Shown here piece by piece: positions 1 to 8,401 of a stretch of DNA of 64,000 nucleotides. Origin of the DNA: Candidatus Zixiibacteriota bacterium (GTDB lineage Bacteria; Zixibacteria; MSB-5A5; GN15; JAAZOE01); NCBI GenBank assembly GCA_030668485.1, contig DAOUTW010000007.1, positions 5,060-69,059 on the forward strand, given 5' to 3'. Position 1 is the first letter of the stretch, and every line of letters begins with the position of its first letter. Below the pieces are notes generated by a model. That model was not told the origin of the DNA, did not search any database, and saw nothing but the letters and a program-made list of their open reading frames with translations. The position numbers were made by a program, and so were the translations under genes.

Positions 1-524
1 TTCATTACAATTACGATACCCATCTGGATAATGACAAGTTTTCGGCTCAGCAAACGGAATTGAATGAAGTTACCGGACGGACGACCAGGGTCGGGCGAGC
101 CCATTACCTGCGGTTCGATCATGCAAAATCATTTGACTTCTGGGCCGCCCATGATATTACGACCGATGAATCAGTCGGGTATCCCGACCGGATCGGATAC
201 CGTTGCGGTATCGGTGGATGTTTTCAGCCGTATGATATTGACTTCGAACAACCTCTGAAATTTCGAGAAATTCCGATAGATATTATGGAGGCGACGCTTT
301 TGTCTCAGTATGGAGACGGAGCGGTGGATGCCTTCGAGCGGATGTTGCGCCATCTAAAGCAGGTCGGCGGCGCGGTCAGCATGGTCGTTCATCCGGGAAT
401 GTTTTTCAATCCGGAATTTCCCGAAACGCGCGGCTTTTATCATCGCCTGCTGATTGTTTGCCGGCGTCTCGGGGCCGTATCGCAAACCGCTTCGGTTATT
501 GCCGACAATGTTCATCCTCGCTAA
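1..524 (+). CDS. hypothetical protein, C-terminal fragment (gene starts upstream of the window)
   Basis: The frame is open from base 3 to the stop at 524. The listed Met at 60 is internal. No motif was recognised with confidence. Confidence 0.4.
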   Translation, partial: HYNYDTHLDNDKFSAQQTELNEVTGRTTRVGRAHYLRFDHAKSFDFWAAHDITTDESVGYPDRIGYRCGIGGCFQPYDIDFEQPLKFREIPIDIMEATLLSQYGDGAVDAFERMLRHLKQVGGAVSMVVHPGMFFNPEFPETRGFYHRLLIVCRRLGAVSQTASVIADNVHPR

Positions 525-547
525 ACTTTTACTACGGAGTTATCATC

Positions 548-1018
548 ATGGCCGGCAACATCCGATTCGAAGCGGTGACAAGAGACAACTGGGAAGAGGC
601 GATGAAAATGGCCGTCAAACCGGAACAGCAAAAGTTTGCCCCATCGGTGGCCGAATCTCTGGCGGCAGCCTATGTCAAGCCATGGGATGAGGCGCTCGAT
701 CCATACATAGTTTATGCCGATGACACCATGATTGGGCTTTTCTATATCTCATACACGCCGGAGAGTGTCGACAACTATTGGATAGGCGGCTTCATCATCG
801 ATCAAAAATATCAGAATCAGGGTTATGGTAAGGCGGTCCTCCGCCAGATACTGCAATTTATCCCCTCAATTCATTCCCAATGCCGCGAAATGAAACTGAC
901 TGTCGAGAAAGATAATGTGATCGCACAGAAGTTATATAAAGGCATGGGCTTTTCCGACACCGGCGAGGAAAACAAATACGGCGAGATCATTTATACCTTG
1001 CCGGTGGATGCTTCATGA
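548..1018 (+). CDS. GNAT-family N-acetyltransferase
   Basis: ATG at 548 follows a GGAG Shine-Dalgarno at 536-539. The approx. 156-aa protein has the GNAT core (QNQGYGKAVLRQIL ... KLYKGMGF). Confidence 0.75.
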   Translation: MAGNIRFEAVTRDNWEEAMKMAVKPEQQKFAPSVAESLAAAYVKPWDEALDPYIVYADDTMIGLFYISYTPESVDNYWIGGFIIDQKYQNQGYGKAVLRQILQFIPSIHSQCREMKLTVEKDNVIAQKLYKGMGFSDTGEENKYGEIIYTLPVDAS

Positions 1019-1110
1019 TTATAATTGGATGAATTGTAAAATACGTTGATGTAATAACAGAAATGTCTTAACACAAAAGTATTTCAATATTCCTCAGCGA
1101 CATAGGACTA

Positions 1111-1362
1111 TCAAGTCGCGGATTCACTTCTGGGCACAGGTAGAAGTGGAAGTTCAATCTTTTCAACAGACGATCCCTTGCGGAGCAATAAATCATAGCC
1201 GTCGATACGTTTTTCCAAAAACCAGGCAAATAGGCGCAATGAATTCTTAATCAGTTCCGCACGTGTCGTTGCTTGAGAAATATCCTTCAATTCATCCAGT
1301 GCCTTCAAAGCCTCAGGAGTCAGATCAAATTGTATTCTTTGCTTTTTGGATGAATTACTCAT
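1111..1362 (-). CDS. ribbon-helix-helix (CopG/Arc-like) DNA-binding protein
   Basis: Internal Met (MSNSSKKQRIQFDLTPEALKALDELK) is preceded by AGGAG. The N-terminus is an RHH beta-strand plus two helices. The protein is 83 aa. Confidence 0.5.
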   Translation of the reverse strand: MSNSSKKQRIQFDLTPEALKALDELKDISQATTRAELIKNSLRLFAWFLEKRIDGYDLLLRKGSSVEKIELPLLPVPRSESAT

Positions 1363-1375
1363 TTTATCTCCTTTA

Positions 1376-1720
1376 CTAAGGTGCAGGACCCCTATCTTCA
1401 AAAATAACTCTTAAAAGATATCCTACCAATGGTCCAACAAACATCCACCATAATCGGGCTGGCTCAAAATCGTCTCGGAATAATCCGATGACGAATAACA
1501 AAGCCAAAAATATCAAAGACCCGAACAAAATGAAGTTAGCGATTCTCCGCTTATGTTGTCCCGTCTTTTGCCGCTCCTGAAGATGAATACGTTCCCGAAG
1601 CAATCCGATTTGCTTCTCAAGATCAGTGAGGTAAAGATCCTCCGATCCATGTAGGTAGAAATCTTCTTCAGAATCCGACGATTCCCTAAATTCGCTGAAG
1701 TTGCAAAAGAAGCGAGCCAT
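1376..1720 (-). CDS. hypothetical membrane protein
   Basis: 114 aa with an acidic N-terminus, an amphipathic segment and one or two TM helices (FILFGSLIFLALLFVIGLF). Co-oriented with the RHH gene. Confidence 0.45.
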   Translation of the reverse strand: MARFFCNFSEFRESSDSEEDFYLHGSEDLYLTDLEKQIGLLRERIHLQERQKTGQHKRRIANFILFGSLIFLALLFVIGLFRDDFEPARLWWMFVGPLVGYLLRVIFEDRGPAP

Positions 1721-2006
1721 TCTCTACTCCTCCTTGCTCCAGATCCGTTTCCCTAGCTGGAGTCAAATGGGTTTACTATTTTGCCAATCATGCTAACCTC
1801 CAGGTTATTTTGATGGTGTACTTAAAAATATTTGATGCTGCACTTTACGCAATCACAAGTTAGGGAGTATTGAACATTTTGTCAAGTAAAAACTTCAAAT
1901 AATGAGTATATTATGAGTAGATATTAATATAAGATAGCCTAAGCTCCTGCGAGGCAATTGATAATGGCAAATTGTGTTAAGGCCTTATAAAGGCCATTTT
2001 CTACTA

Positions 2007-2044
2007 GAGAAAACGCCCCTGATAAAAACCAGGGGCGCCTTTTC
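2007..2044 (-). terminator. Rho-independent terminator downstream of the cytochrome gene
   Basis: 8-bp stem CGCCCCTG/CAGGGGCG with a T-run on the minus strand. Confidence 0.5.
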
Positions 2045-2119
2045 AATAAAGAAATATATCAATATTGCAGTCCGCGATCCGTGTGATCCCGGGAATTTAT
2101 GCTGTGAATCGCGGTTGTG

Positions 2120-4000
2120 CTACATCCGGTCTTCCTGAAGCGATTCGACTTCGCTATCATCATATCCGAGCGCCTTGAAATCCATGACACCAAAAGGTGA
2201 ATGGCAACTCTTGCAGGTTAGGGCGCCTTCCCGCCGAATGGCGTGGCTGGCTTCCAGCAGAGCATCCTGTGGAATCCAGCGCGCCTCTACCTGACGGAGG
2301 TTTTTGGCGTCCTCGTACGAATCGGTGTTCCAACCATCGGCGTCCATGAAGGTCATGAACTTGTCCATCATGTACACCTTGAACATCCATCCATACATCA
2401 TCTCCATCATCGGATGCTCCATCTCAACCATTGCTGCTTTGTCGGGATCGCCGGTTTTATAATAAGTCGGCAGATTGTACGGCAGGTACATACCGCCGAA
2501 GGGAGTGATATTCTGAAGGTCGATATGCTGTTTGCCATTAAACAGCTTCATCGGATAAATCTTGGAGGGGCGGCCGTCCTGAGCGATTGGACGCATTACC
2601 TCTTCATACCAGGTTGCATAATCAAAATCGGAAAACTCCGGCCAGATTTTATCCGGCTGGTAGAAACTGTAAAGGTTTTTGCCGTTGGGATTGTCGCCGA
2701 TCGGATTGCCGAGGAAGGTGGCATCGCCGTTCCACCAGGCATATATGATTCCCTTACCCGGTTCGGTCTCTTTGTGAGTGTCGGTGTACACATAAATACC
2801 GGGATGCTCCTCGAACATCGGAGTATTGAAATCGCGATAAGTGGCATTGTCCTCATGGAGGCTCGGAATATGGCAGGTCTGGCAGGCGATCATGTCAGTG
2901 TGGTCGTTATAGAAATCGGCGTATTCTTCGTCTTCGGAATGCGGCGCATTGGTATGACAATTTTCACAGGCGACTTCAACTTCCGGAAGATCGTTAGCCA
3001 TCATAGTCGTCGTGTGAGTCCCTTTGGCGATATAATGACCTTCGGTTTTGTGACATTCGATACAATCAACTCCGGCGGCGGCGTGAACATCCCATTCAGG
3101 ACTAAAGGGGGTTCCCCTTTTACTGCCGGGATGGGCGACACGCGGGCGTTCCTTGCCGACTTCAATGAGACTCTGATGGAAGGTCGGGTGATTCTCGTCG
3201 ACAAAAATATCGCCGCCAAAATTATGCTGATGGCAGCGCAGACAGGTTTGGGAAGTAGGTGTGGTAACTGACAGGGCAGCCGTCATCGAACGGTCCTGAT
3301 CCCAATACCAGCGACCTTTCTCAGTCGATACCACTTGTTTGCGGTTCATGTCGTATCCGACCGAATGGCAAATCAGGCAATCGATAGCGTCTTTTTCGCT
3401 GTCGCTGGTGCTGTATCCGGGCATCATTTCACCCAGCGGAGCGGTTGGCTGACCGCCGATATGGCATTGTCCGCAGCCCTCAGAAAGAGTATCGCCGCTG
3501 GCCAGAACGACTGGGGCGGCCCAGGCTGTCATCGCAAACGAACCCGGCTTGGGGCAGGGGCGGTTGATTTTACCCATCCGGAAATCATCGGCCAGTTCAC
3601 CGTTGAAACCATATACATTGGGATGCTTGGTGGTATAGAACCGGTAATGAGCCGAGGTAGTGAGGTTATGCATCAGATCATCTTTCTTGATCTCACCGGT
3701 TTTGGCATCCTCGTATTCAATATCCTCATGGCATTTCAAGCAGGTTTTCGGTCCTTCGTAGACAAAAATTCCCGCCTCGCGAAAAGCCTCAATATGAGGG
3801 AAATCATAATCATGGGCGGCCATCAAATCGGTGGCGATACGGTCATATTCCTCAGCCGTCACCTTTTCGGAGATAAAAGTAACTTCGGTCGGCCGGCTAT
3901 TGGCGGGCATCATTTTATTAATCGCTCCGGACCAGATATCACAGCCGCTGATGGCAAAAGCGATCAGCACCACTGCAATAGTTTTTATGATGGTTACCAT
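2120..4000 (-). CDS. octahaem c-type cytochrome, lipoprotein
   Basis: Eight CxxCH motifs: CLKCH, CGQCH, CLICH, CLRCH, CIECH, CENCH, CQTCH, CKSCH. N-terminal lipobox signal (AFAISGC). 626 aa. Confidence 0.8.
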   Translation of the reverse strand: MVTIIKTIAVVLIAFAISGCDIWSGAINKMMPANSRPTEVTFISEKVTAEEYDRIATDLMAAHDYDFPHIEAFREAGIFVYEGPKTCLKCHEDIEYEDAKTGEIKKDDLMHNLTTSAHYRFYTTKHPNVYGFNGELADDFRMGKINRPCPKPGSFAMTAWAAPVVLASGDTLSEGCGQCHIGGQPTAPLGEMMPGYSTSDSEKDAIDCLICHSVGYDMNRKQVVSTEKGRWYWDQDRSMTAALSVTTPTSQTCLRCHQHNFGGDIFVDENHPTFHQSLIEVGKERPRVAHPGSKRGTPFSPEWDVHAAAGVDCIECHKTEGHYIAKGTHTTTMMANDLPEVEVACENCHTNAPHSEDEEYADFYNDHTDMIACQTCHIPSLHEDNATYRDFNTPMFEEHPGIYVYTDTHKETEPGKGIIYAWWNGDATFLGNPIGDNPNGKNLYSFYQPDKIWPEFSDFDYATWYEEVMRPIAQDGRPSKIYPMKLFNGKQHIDLQNITPFGGMYLPYNLPTYYKTGDPDKAAMVEMEHPMMEMMYGWMFKVYMMDKFMTFMDADGWNTDSYEDAKNLRQVEARWIPQDALLEASHAIRREGALTCKSCHSPFGVMDFKALGYDDSEVESLQEDRM

Positions 4001-4388
4001 GCCATACTCTCCTGTATGTAAATCTGTCTCGCGGATTGTTTGTGATATATTTCACATACTCAACTATCAGGATAACATTATGAAGTCACTCTGTCAAGAG
4101 CATATGGACGGGTGGCCGAGATCTTTGATCGCGGTTTACAAACCCAGCTTTAGGTCATCCGCGCGATAGCCGAAAATCGGCTTCTGCCGGGTGGATGGCG
4201 GACATCACGAAGCTTTCCCATAAATCGGTTAAAACCGTTTTGGCGGATTTTGATCCGCCTTGGCCGCCCGTGACGAGTGACTCGCCGGTAAGTCATGATT
4301 AAACAACAGGTTATCCGATTGCGGCGGTCAGCAAAATGTCAGAACGGCCGCGCAAAAAGCCAACTTAGACTTTTGGGACAACATTTCG

Positions 4389-4724
4389 TCAAGTGCGATC
4401 GTCAATCGGGGCGCCGGGAGCGTCGTCTTTAACGGCGGCGATTCCATTATCTCTGGCCGCCGTGGTAGTATACATTTCGCTGACACCAATTATTTCATGA
4501 TTGGCGGCTCGAAGATTGAAATAATACTGACCGTCTTTTGATTGTTCGCGGACGTATCGTTCTTCTTTAGTAGCATTTTCCTTCACGCTCTCGATTCCAT
4601 TATCTGCGCCAGCCTTGGTCTTGTATCCTTCGCTTTGCAGAATCGGTTCACCGTTTGCGGCCTGCAGTCGGAAGTAGTATTGATTATCTTCGCCGGTAAA
4701 AAGTACAAATTTGGGATTATCCAT
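4389..4724 (-). CDS. YegP/DUF1508 (UPF0339) family protein
   Basis: Two tandem DUF1508 repeats (YYFRLQAANGEPILQSEGYKTKAGADNGIESVK / YYFNLRAANHEIIGVSEMYTTTAARDNGIAAVK). Confidence 0.8.
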   Translation of the reverse strand: MDNPKFVLFTGEDNQYYFRLQAANGEPILQSEGYKTKAGADNGIESVKENATKEERYVREQSKDGQYYFNLRAANHEIIGVSEMYTTTAARDNGIAAVKDDAPGAPIDDRT

Positions 4725-4926
4725 GACGGTTCTCCTTCATTGTTTTGCTTATTTCAGAAAATTATGCCCAGGATGAATGTTTCTTTACACCGGTAGTATT
4801 CTATGGAAATCAATTATAATTGTCAAGCAGAATCGGGGGAGACATAGAAGTGAATATTTTTCTATTGGTTGACAATATATTATGAGATGTATATTTTAAT
4901 CTAAACCCCGGATAACGGAGCCGTTG

Positions 4927-5325
4927 ATGAAGTGTGTGTCCTGCAAAGCTACTATGATAGTCCTCGAACTGGATCAGGTTGAGGTTGACTATTGCCTTGA
5001 GTGCGGCGGAACCTGGCTCGACTCCGGCGAACTGGAGTTGCTCCTGGAAAATCCGGATGAGGTCAAAAAACTCCTGCATCATCCGGCCCTGAGCGGCAAG
5101 GCGGAGCGTGGCGACAAAAAATGCCCCATCTGCCAAAAAGGTATGAATGAAATCGCCCTCGGTTCCGGAAAGCCGGTTCATATCGACCTTTGCCGGAAGG
5201 AGCATGGCCTCTGGTTTGATCGCGGTGAGTTGAAAGAAATTATCGACATCCTGGGCGGAGAGGTCAATGTCAAAGTAGCCGATCTGTTGCAGGATATTTT
5301 TGGAGAAAAGAAAAACAAAATATAG
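4927..5325 (+). CDS. double zinc-ribbon (zf-TFIIB-like) protein
   Basis: Two CxxC...CxxC modules (CVSCK..CLECGG and CPICQ..). GGAG lies 8 nt upstream of ATG 4927. Confidence 0.6.
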   Translation: MKCVSCKATMIVLELDQVEVDYCLECGGTWLDSGELELLLENPDEVKKLLHHPALSGKAERGDKKCPICQKGMNEIALGSGKPVHIDLCRKEHGLWFDRGELKEIIDILGGEVNVKVADLLQDIFGEKKNKI

Positions 5326-5339
5326 ACTGGAGGCAGAAA

Positions 5340-5894
5340 ATGGAACTGATCGTTCTGCTGATAATATTTTTCATAGTGGCGATTTTTGTTGTAAGCATCT
5401 ACAATTCGCTGGTCCGCTTGCGCAACCAGGTCAAGAACGCCTGGTCGCAGATTGACGTACAGTTGAAACGGCGACATGACCTGATCCCTAACCTGATGGA
5501 AACGGTCAAGGGGTATATGAAGCATGAGCGCGAAACACTGGAAAATATTACCAGCGCCCGCAGCCGCGCCATGGGAGCCGAAACTGTCGGTGACAAAGCC
5601 AAAGCCGAAGGCGAACTTAATGGTGCCATGAGCAAGTTCTTTCTGGTGGTGGAAAATTATCCCGACCTGAAAGCGAATCAGAATTTCCTCTCCCTCCAGG
5701 AAGAGTTAACCTCGACTGAAAATAAAATATCGTACTCACGTCAGGCATATAACGATCAGGTTTTGTTCTTCAACAACAAAATCGAGGTTTTCCCGTCGAA
5801 CATTATCGCCGGCATGTTCAATTTCAAACAGTCTGAATTCTTTGAGATTTCAGATCCGGGTGAGCGGGATGTACCGAAAGTAGACTTTTCATAA
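5340..5894 (+). CDS. LemA family protein
   Basis: N-terminal TM helix followed by the LemA signature ([31 protein letters not shown] ... [12 protein letters not shown]). Confidence 0.85.
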   Translation: MELIVLLIIFFIVAIFVVSIYNSLVRLRNQVKNAWSQIDVQLKRRHDLIPNLMETVKGYMKHERETLENITSARSRAMGAETVGDKAKAEGELNGAMSKFFLVVENYPDLKANQNFLSLQEELTSTENKISYSRQAYNDQVLFFNNKIEVFPSNIIAGMFNFKQSEFFEISDPGERDVPKVDFS

Positions 5895-5956
5895 ACGATG
5901 ACAACTATTGAGTATGTAGAACGAGACAATAAAATCAGGTTACGGAACAACCGACC

Positions 5957-7402
5957 ATGTGGGAACTGATTCGGCAAAACCGGCGCAAGTCGTTTATCCT
6001 TTTCATTATGATGGGCATTTGCCTGCTTTTGCTCGGTTATCTGCTGGGGATGGCCTTTTGGGGCGAGGGCGGCGGCCCGGCCGGTCTGGCTCTGGCCTTT
6101 ATTATCTGGGCCGTACTGTCGCTGGTCAGTTATTTCTCCGGTGATTCTATCATGCTCAGGATGGCCGGCGCCAAATTGGTCACTCCCGACGTTCACCCGC
6201 AACTGTTCAACGTCGTCGAGGAAATGAAAATCGCCGCCAGTCTGCCGGTGATGCCAAAAGTTTATATCATCGACACGCCCGCCCCCAATGCCTTTGCCAC
6301 CGGACGCAACCCGGAAAAAAGCGCTATCGCCGTCACCGCCGGACTGCTGACCAGATTGAATCGTGATGAACTTCAGGGAGTGGTGGCGCATGAAATGTCC
6401 CATATCCTCAATCGCGACATTCTGTTCATGACCTTTGCCGGTATCATGCTGGGAAGTATCCTGCTTCTTTCACGCATGTTCCTATACAGCGGCGGCGGCC
6501 GCGGCTCGCGGCGAATCGAATCCAAAAAATCCTCAGGCGGCGGCGGAGTCCCGATAGTTGCCATTATCGCTATTATATTTGCCATCCTGGCGCCGATTCT
6601 CGCCCATTTTCTCTATATGGCGATATCAAGGCAAAGGGAATACCTGGCCGATGCCTCGGCCGTACGGCTGACCCGTTACCCCGAAGGGCTCGCTTCGGCC
6701 CTGGAGAAGATATCTCGAAGCGACAAGGAAATTCCGAATGTCAACAAAGTAACGGCGCCGATGTATATCGCCAACCCTCTCAGGGCAAAAGGTAAGAAGG
6801 CGGCCAATCTCGGCAGCACTCACCCTCCGATCAAGGAAAGAATCAGGATTCTGCGCACCATGTCGCATGGCGCCGATTTTGCCCAGTATCAGGAGGCTTA
6901 TCAAAGCGTCACGGGCAAGGATGAAAACCTGATCCCTTCATCAGGGCTCAAAGATGCCGCCGCGATACCGATCCGGGGCCGCGAGACAGCCGGTGTGGAA
7001 CCGCCCGATCCAAACAGCAAAACCGGAACACGCCAGCTTAATGATTTGATGCGGGCCGTCAACGAATATCTCTTTGTCGCCTGTGTCTGCGGCCTGAGGT
7101 TCAAGCTTCCGCCCGATTTTAAAAAGAAAGAATTTTCCTGCCCTCGTTGTCAGCGTAACATTGTGGTCCCGACCGCCGAACTTGCTGCCGCGGCAGTGGT
7201 TCTCGATCAATTGGAAGCCAAAGATAAAATCACGGCTGACGCCAAACAGACATCGATAGATAAAACCTACCACCGCACTGGCACCGGCTGGGAGACACTG
7301 TCGTGTCCCTCATGCGGCCATAAGCTGCAATTATCACCTGATTTTGAAGGGGATTCTATTAAGTGCGGCAAATGCGGCACAGAGATTAAAATTGAAAAAT
7401 AA
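5957..7402 (+). CDS. M48 (HtpX-like) zinc metallopeptidase with C-terminal double zinc-ribbon extension
   Basis: HEMSHI zincin motif plus the downstream E (REYLADASA). TM helices present. The C-terminus carries two CxxC..CxxC ribbons (CVCG..CPRC and CPSCG..CGKCG). Confidence 0.8.
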   Translation: MWELIRQNRRKSFILFIMMGICLLLLGYLLGMAFWGEGGGPAGLALAFIIWAVLSLVSYFSGDSIMLRMAGAKLVTPDVHPQLFNVVEEMKIAASLPVMPKVYIIDTPAPNAFATGRNPEKSAIAVTAGLLTRLNRDELQGVVAHEMSHILNRDILFMTFAGIMLGSILLLSRMFLYSGGGRGSRRIESKKSSGGGGVPIVAIIAIIFAILAPILAHFLYMAISRQREYLADASAVRLTRYPEGLASALEKISRSDKEIPNVNKVTAPMYIANPLRAKGKKAANLGSTHPPIKERIRILRTMSHGADFAQYQEAYQSVTGKDENLIPSSGLKDAAAIPIRGRETAGVEPPDPNSKTGTRQLNDLMRAVNEYLFVACVCGLRFKLPPDFKKKEFSCPRCQRNIVVPTAELAAAAVVLDQLEAKDKITADAKQTSIDKTYHRTGTGWETLSCPSCGHKLQLSPDFEGDSIKCGKCGTEIKIEK

Positions 7403-7413
7403 AACCTGCCATT

Positions 7414-8250
7414 TTACGAAACGGTATCAATAGTCTCCGTCGCAACCTCAGGCTCGGCATTACCATTAAGCTGATTATAGGCCGCCAAAAATTTCTCATA
7501 GGCGACACCTTTACCGCGCGGCTCGGACAATTCCGGCAAGACCTGGATATTACTCAGCGCCGACTCCAACTCGCTCAATTTCAAATCAAATGATTCAACT
7601 AACCCGGTAATAAACTGCTCGAAGTCGAATGATGATTCTTCAACCGGAGCGGCTATTTCATCTTCTATCACAACATCGGCCTTTAATGTAACAGCTTCGG
7701 GATTGGTGACAAGTTCCGGGGATTCGACAGCTTCTTCAGTACCGGTTTCGGTTTCCGGTTCAAAGATAAAATTCAAGGATGTTACTAACTCATCGAACCC
7801 GGCTCGTAAATTGGCAGTAGAATTATTAACTTCCGATGGGGAATTGAAAACACTCTGAACTTCGCTAATGGCAGTAGCGGCCTGCTCGCTGACTTCACCC
7901 GACTGAACCAGGGCGTCAAGTTCGGAATTTACATATTGCATGATATCGGAGACACCTTCACCGGCTACCCGTTCGGCCTCAGCCTGCTCCATCGCGGCGA
8001 TTTCATCATGAAAATTGATCCTCAGACGAACATCGGCGACACCCTTGAAATGACCGTTCATCAGGTTACGGATAACCCCTTTTACCTTAGGGCCGTCATT
8101 GGTAGCTACATCGGCGGATTCATCGGGCGTATCGGAGGGTTGAGGAGCAATCGCGGGTTCTTCCCTTGGTGCGACCTGTCCATCGCCGGTTGTGGCCGGA
8201 ACGATGGTATTATAAGCCAGCATCGAATTATCGACGGCATTGATAATCAT
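7414..8250 (-). CDS. acidic hypothetical protein
   Basis: Clean 278-aa ORF, very rich in D/E, no recognised motif. Confidence 0.45.
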   Translation of the reverse strand: MIINAVDNSMLAYNTIVPATTGDGQVAPREEPAIAPQPSDTPDESADVATNDGPKVKGVIRNLMNGHFKGVADVRLRINFHDEIAAMEQAEAERVAGEGVSDIMQYVNSELDALVQSGEVSEQAATAISEVQSVFNSPSEVNNSTANLRAGFDELVTSLNFIFEPETETGTEEAVESPELVTNPEAVTLKADVVIEDEIAAPVEESSFDFEQFITGLVESFDLKLSELESALSNIQVLPELSEPRGKGVAYEKFLAAYNQLNGNAEPEVATETIDTVS

Positions 8251-8322
8251 TTTTTAAGACTCCTCAAAATAGATAGCCCTTTTGGAAATATATCGGCAAA
8301 TCGGGACAATTATTATAGGCAA

Positions 8323-8360
8323 TAAAAAAGCCGGGCGATATCGGCTTTCTATCGCCCGGC
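8323..8360 (-). terminator. Rho-independent terminator for the 8402-10774 gene
   Basis: 11-bp perfect stem GCCGGGCGATA/TATCGCCCGGC followed by TTTTTT on the minus strand. Confidence 0.65.
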
Positions 8361-8401
8361 CTGAAGGAAAAGGCCCGAAATGATCGCCGGGGAGGCGATT
8401 G

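Noticed and set aside
2243-3271. 342-aa + strand ORF and other ORFs (2596-2856, 3001-3219, 3335-4021) inside the cytochrome gene
   Set aside because: They are antisense or out-of-frame overlaps with a strongly supported 8-haem CDS. They have no RBS and odd composition.
4542-5205. ORFs 4542-4796 (+) and 4810-5205 (-) overlapping the YegP and zinc-ribbon genes
   Set aside because: They are out-of-frame or antisense overlaps with better-supported genes. They have no motifs.
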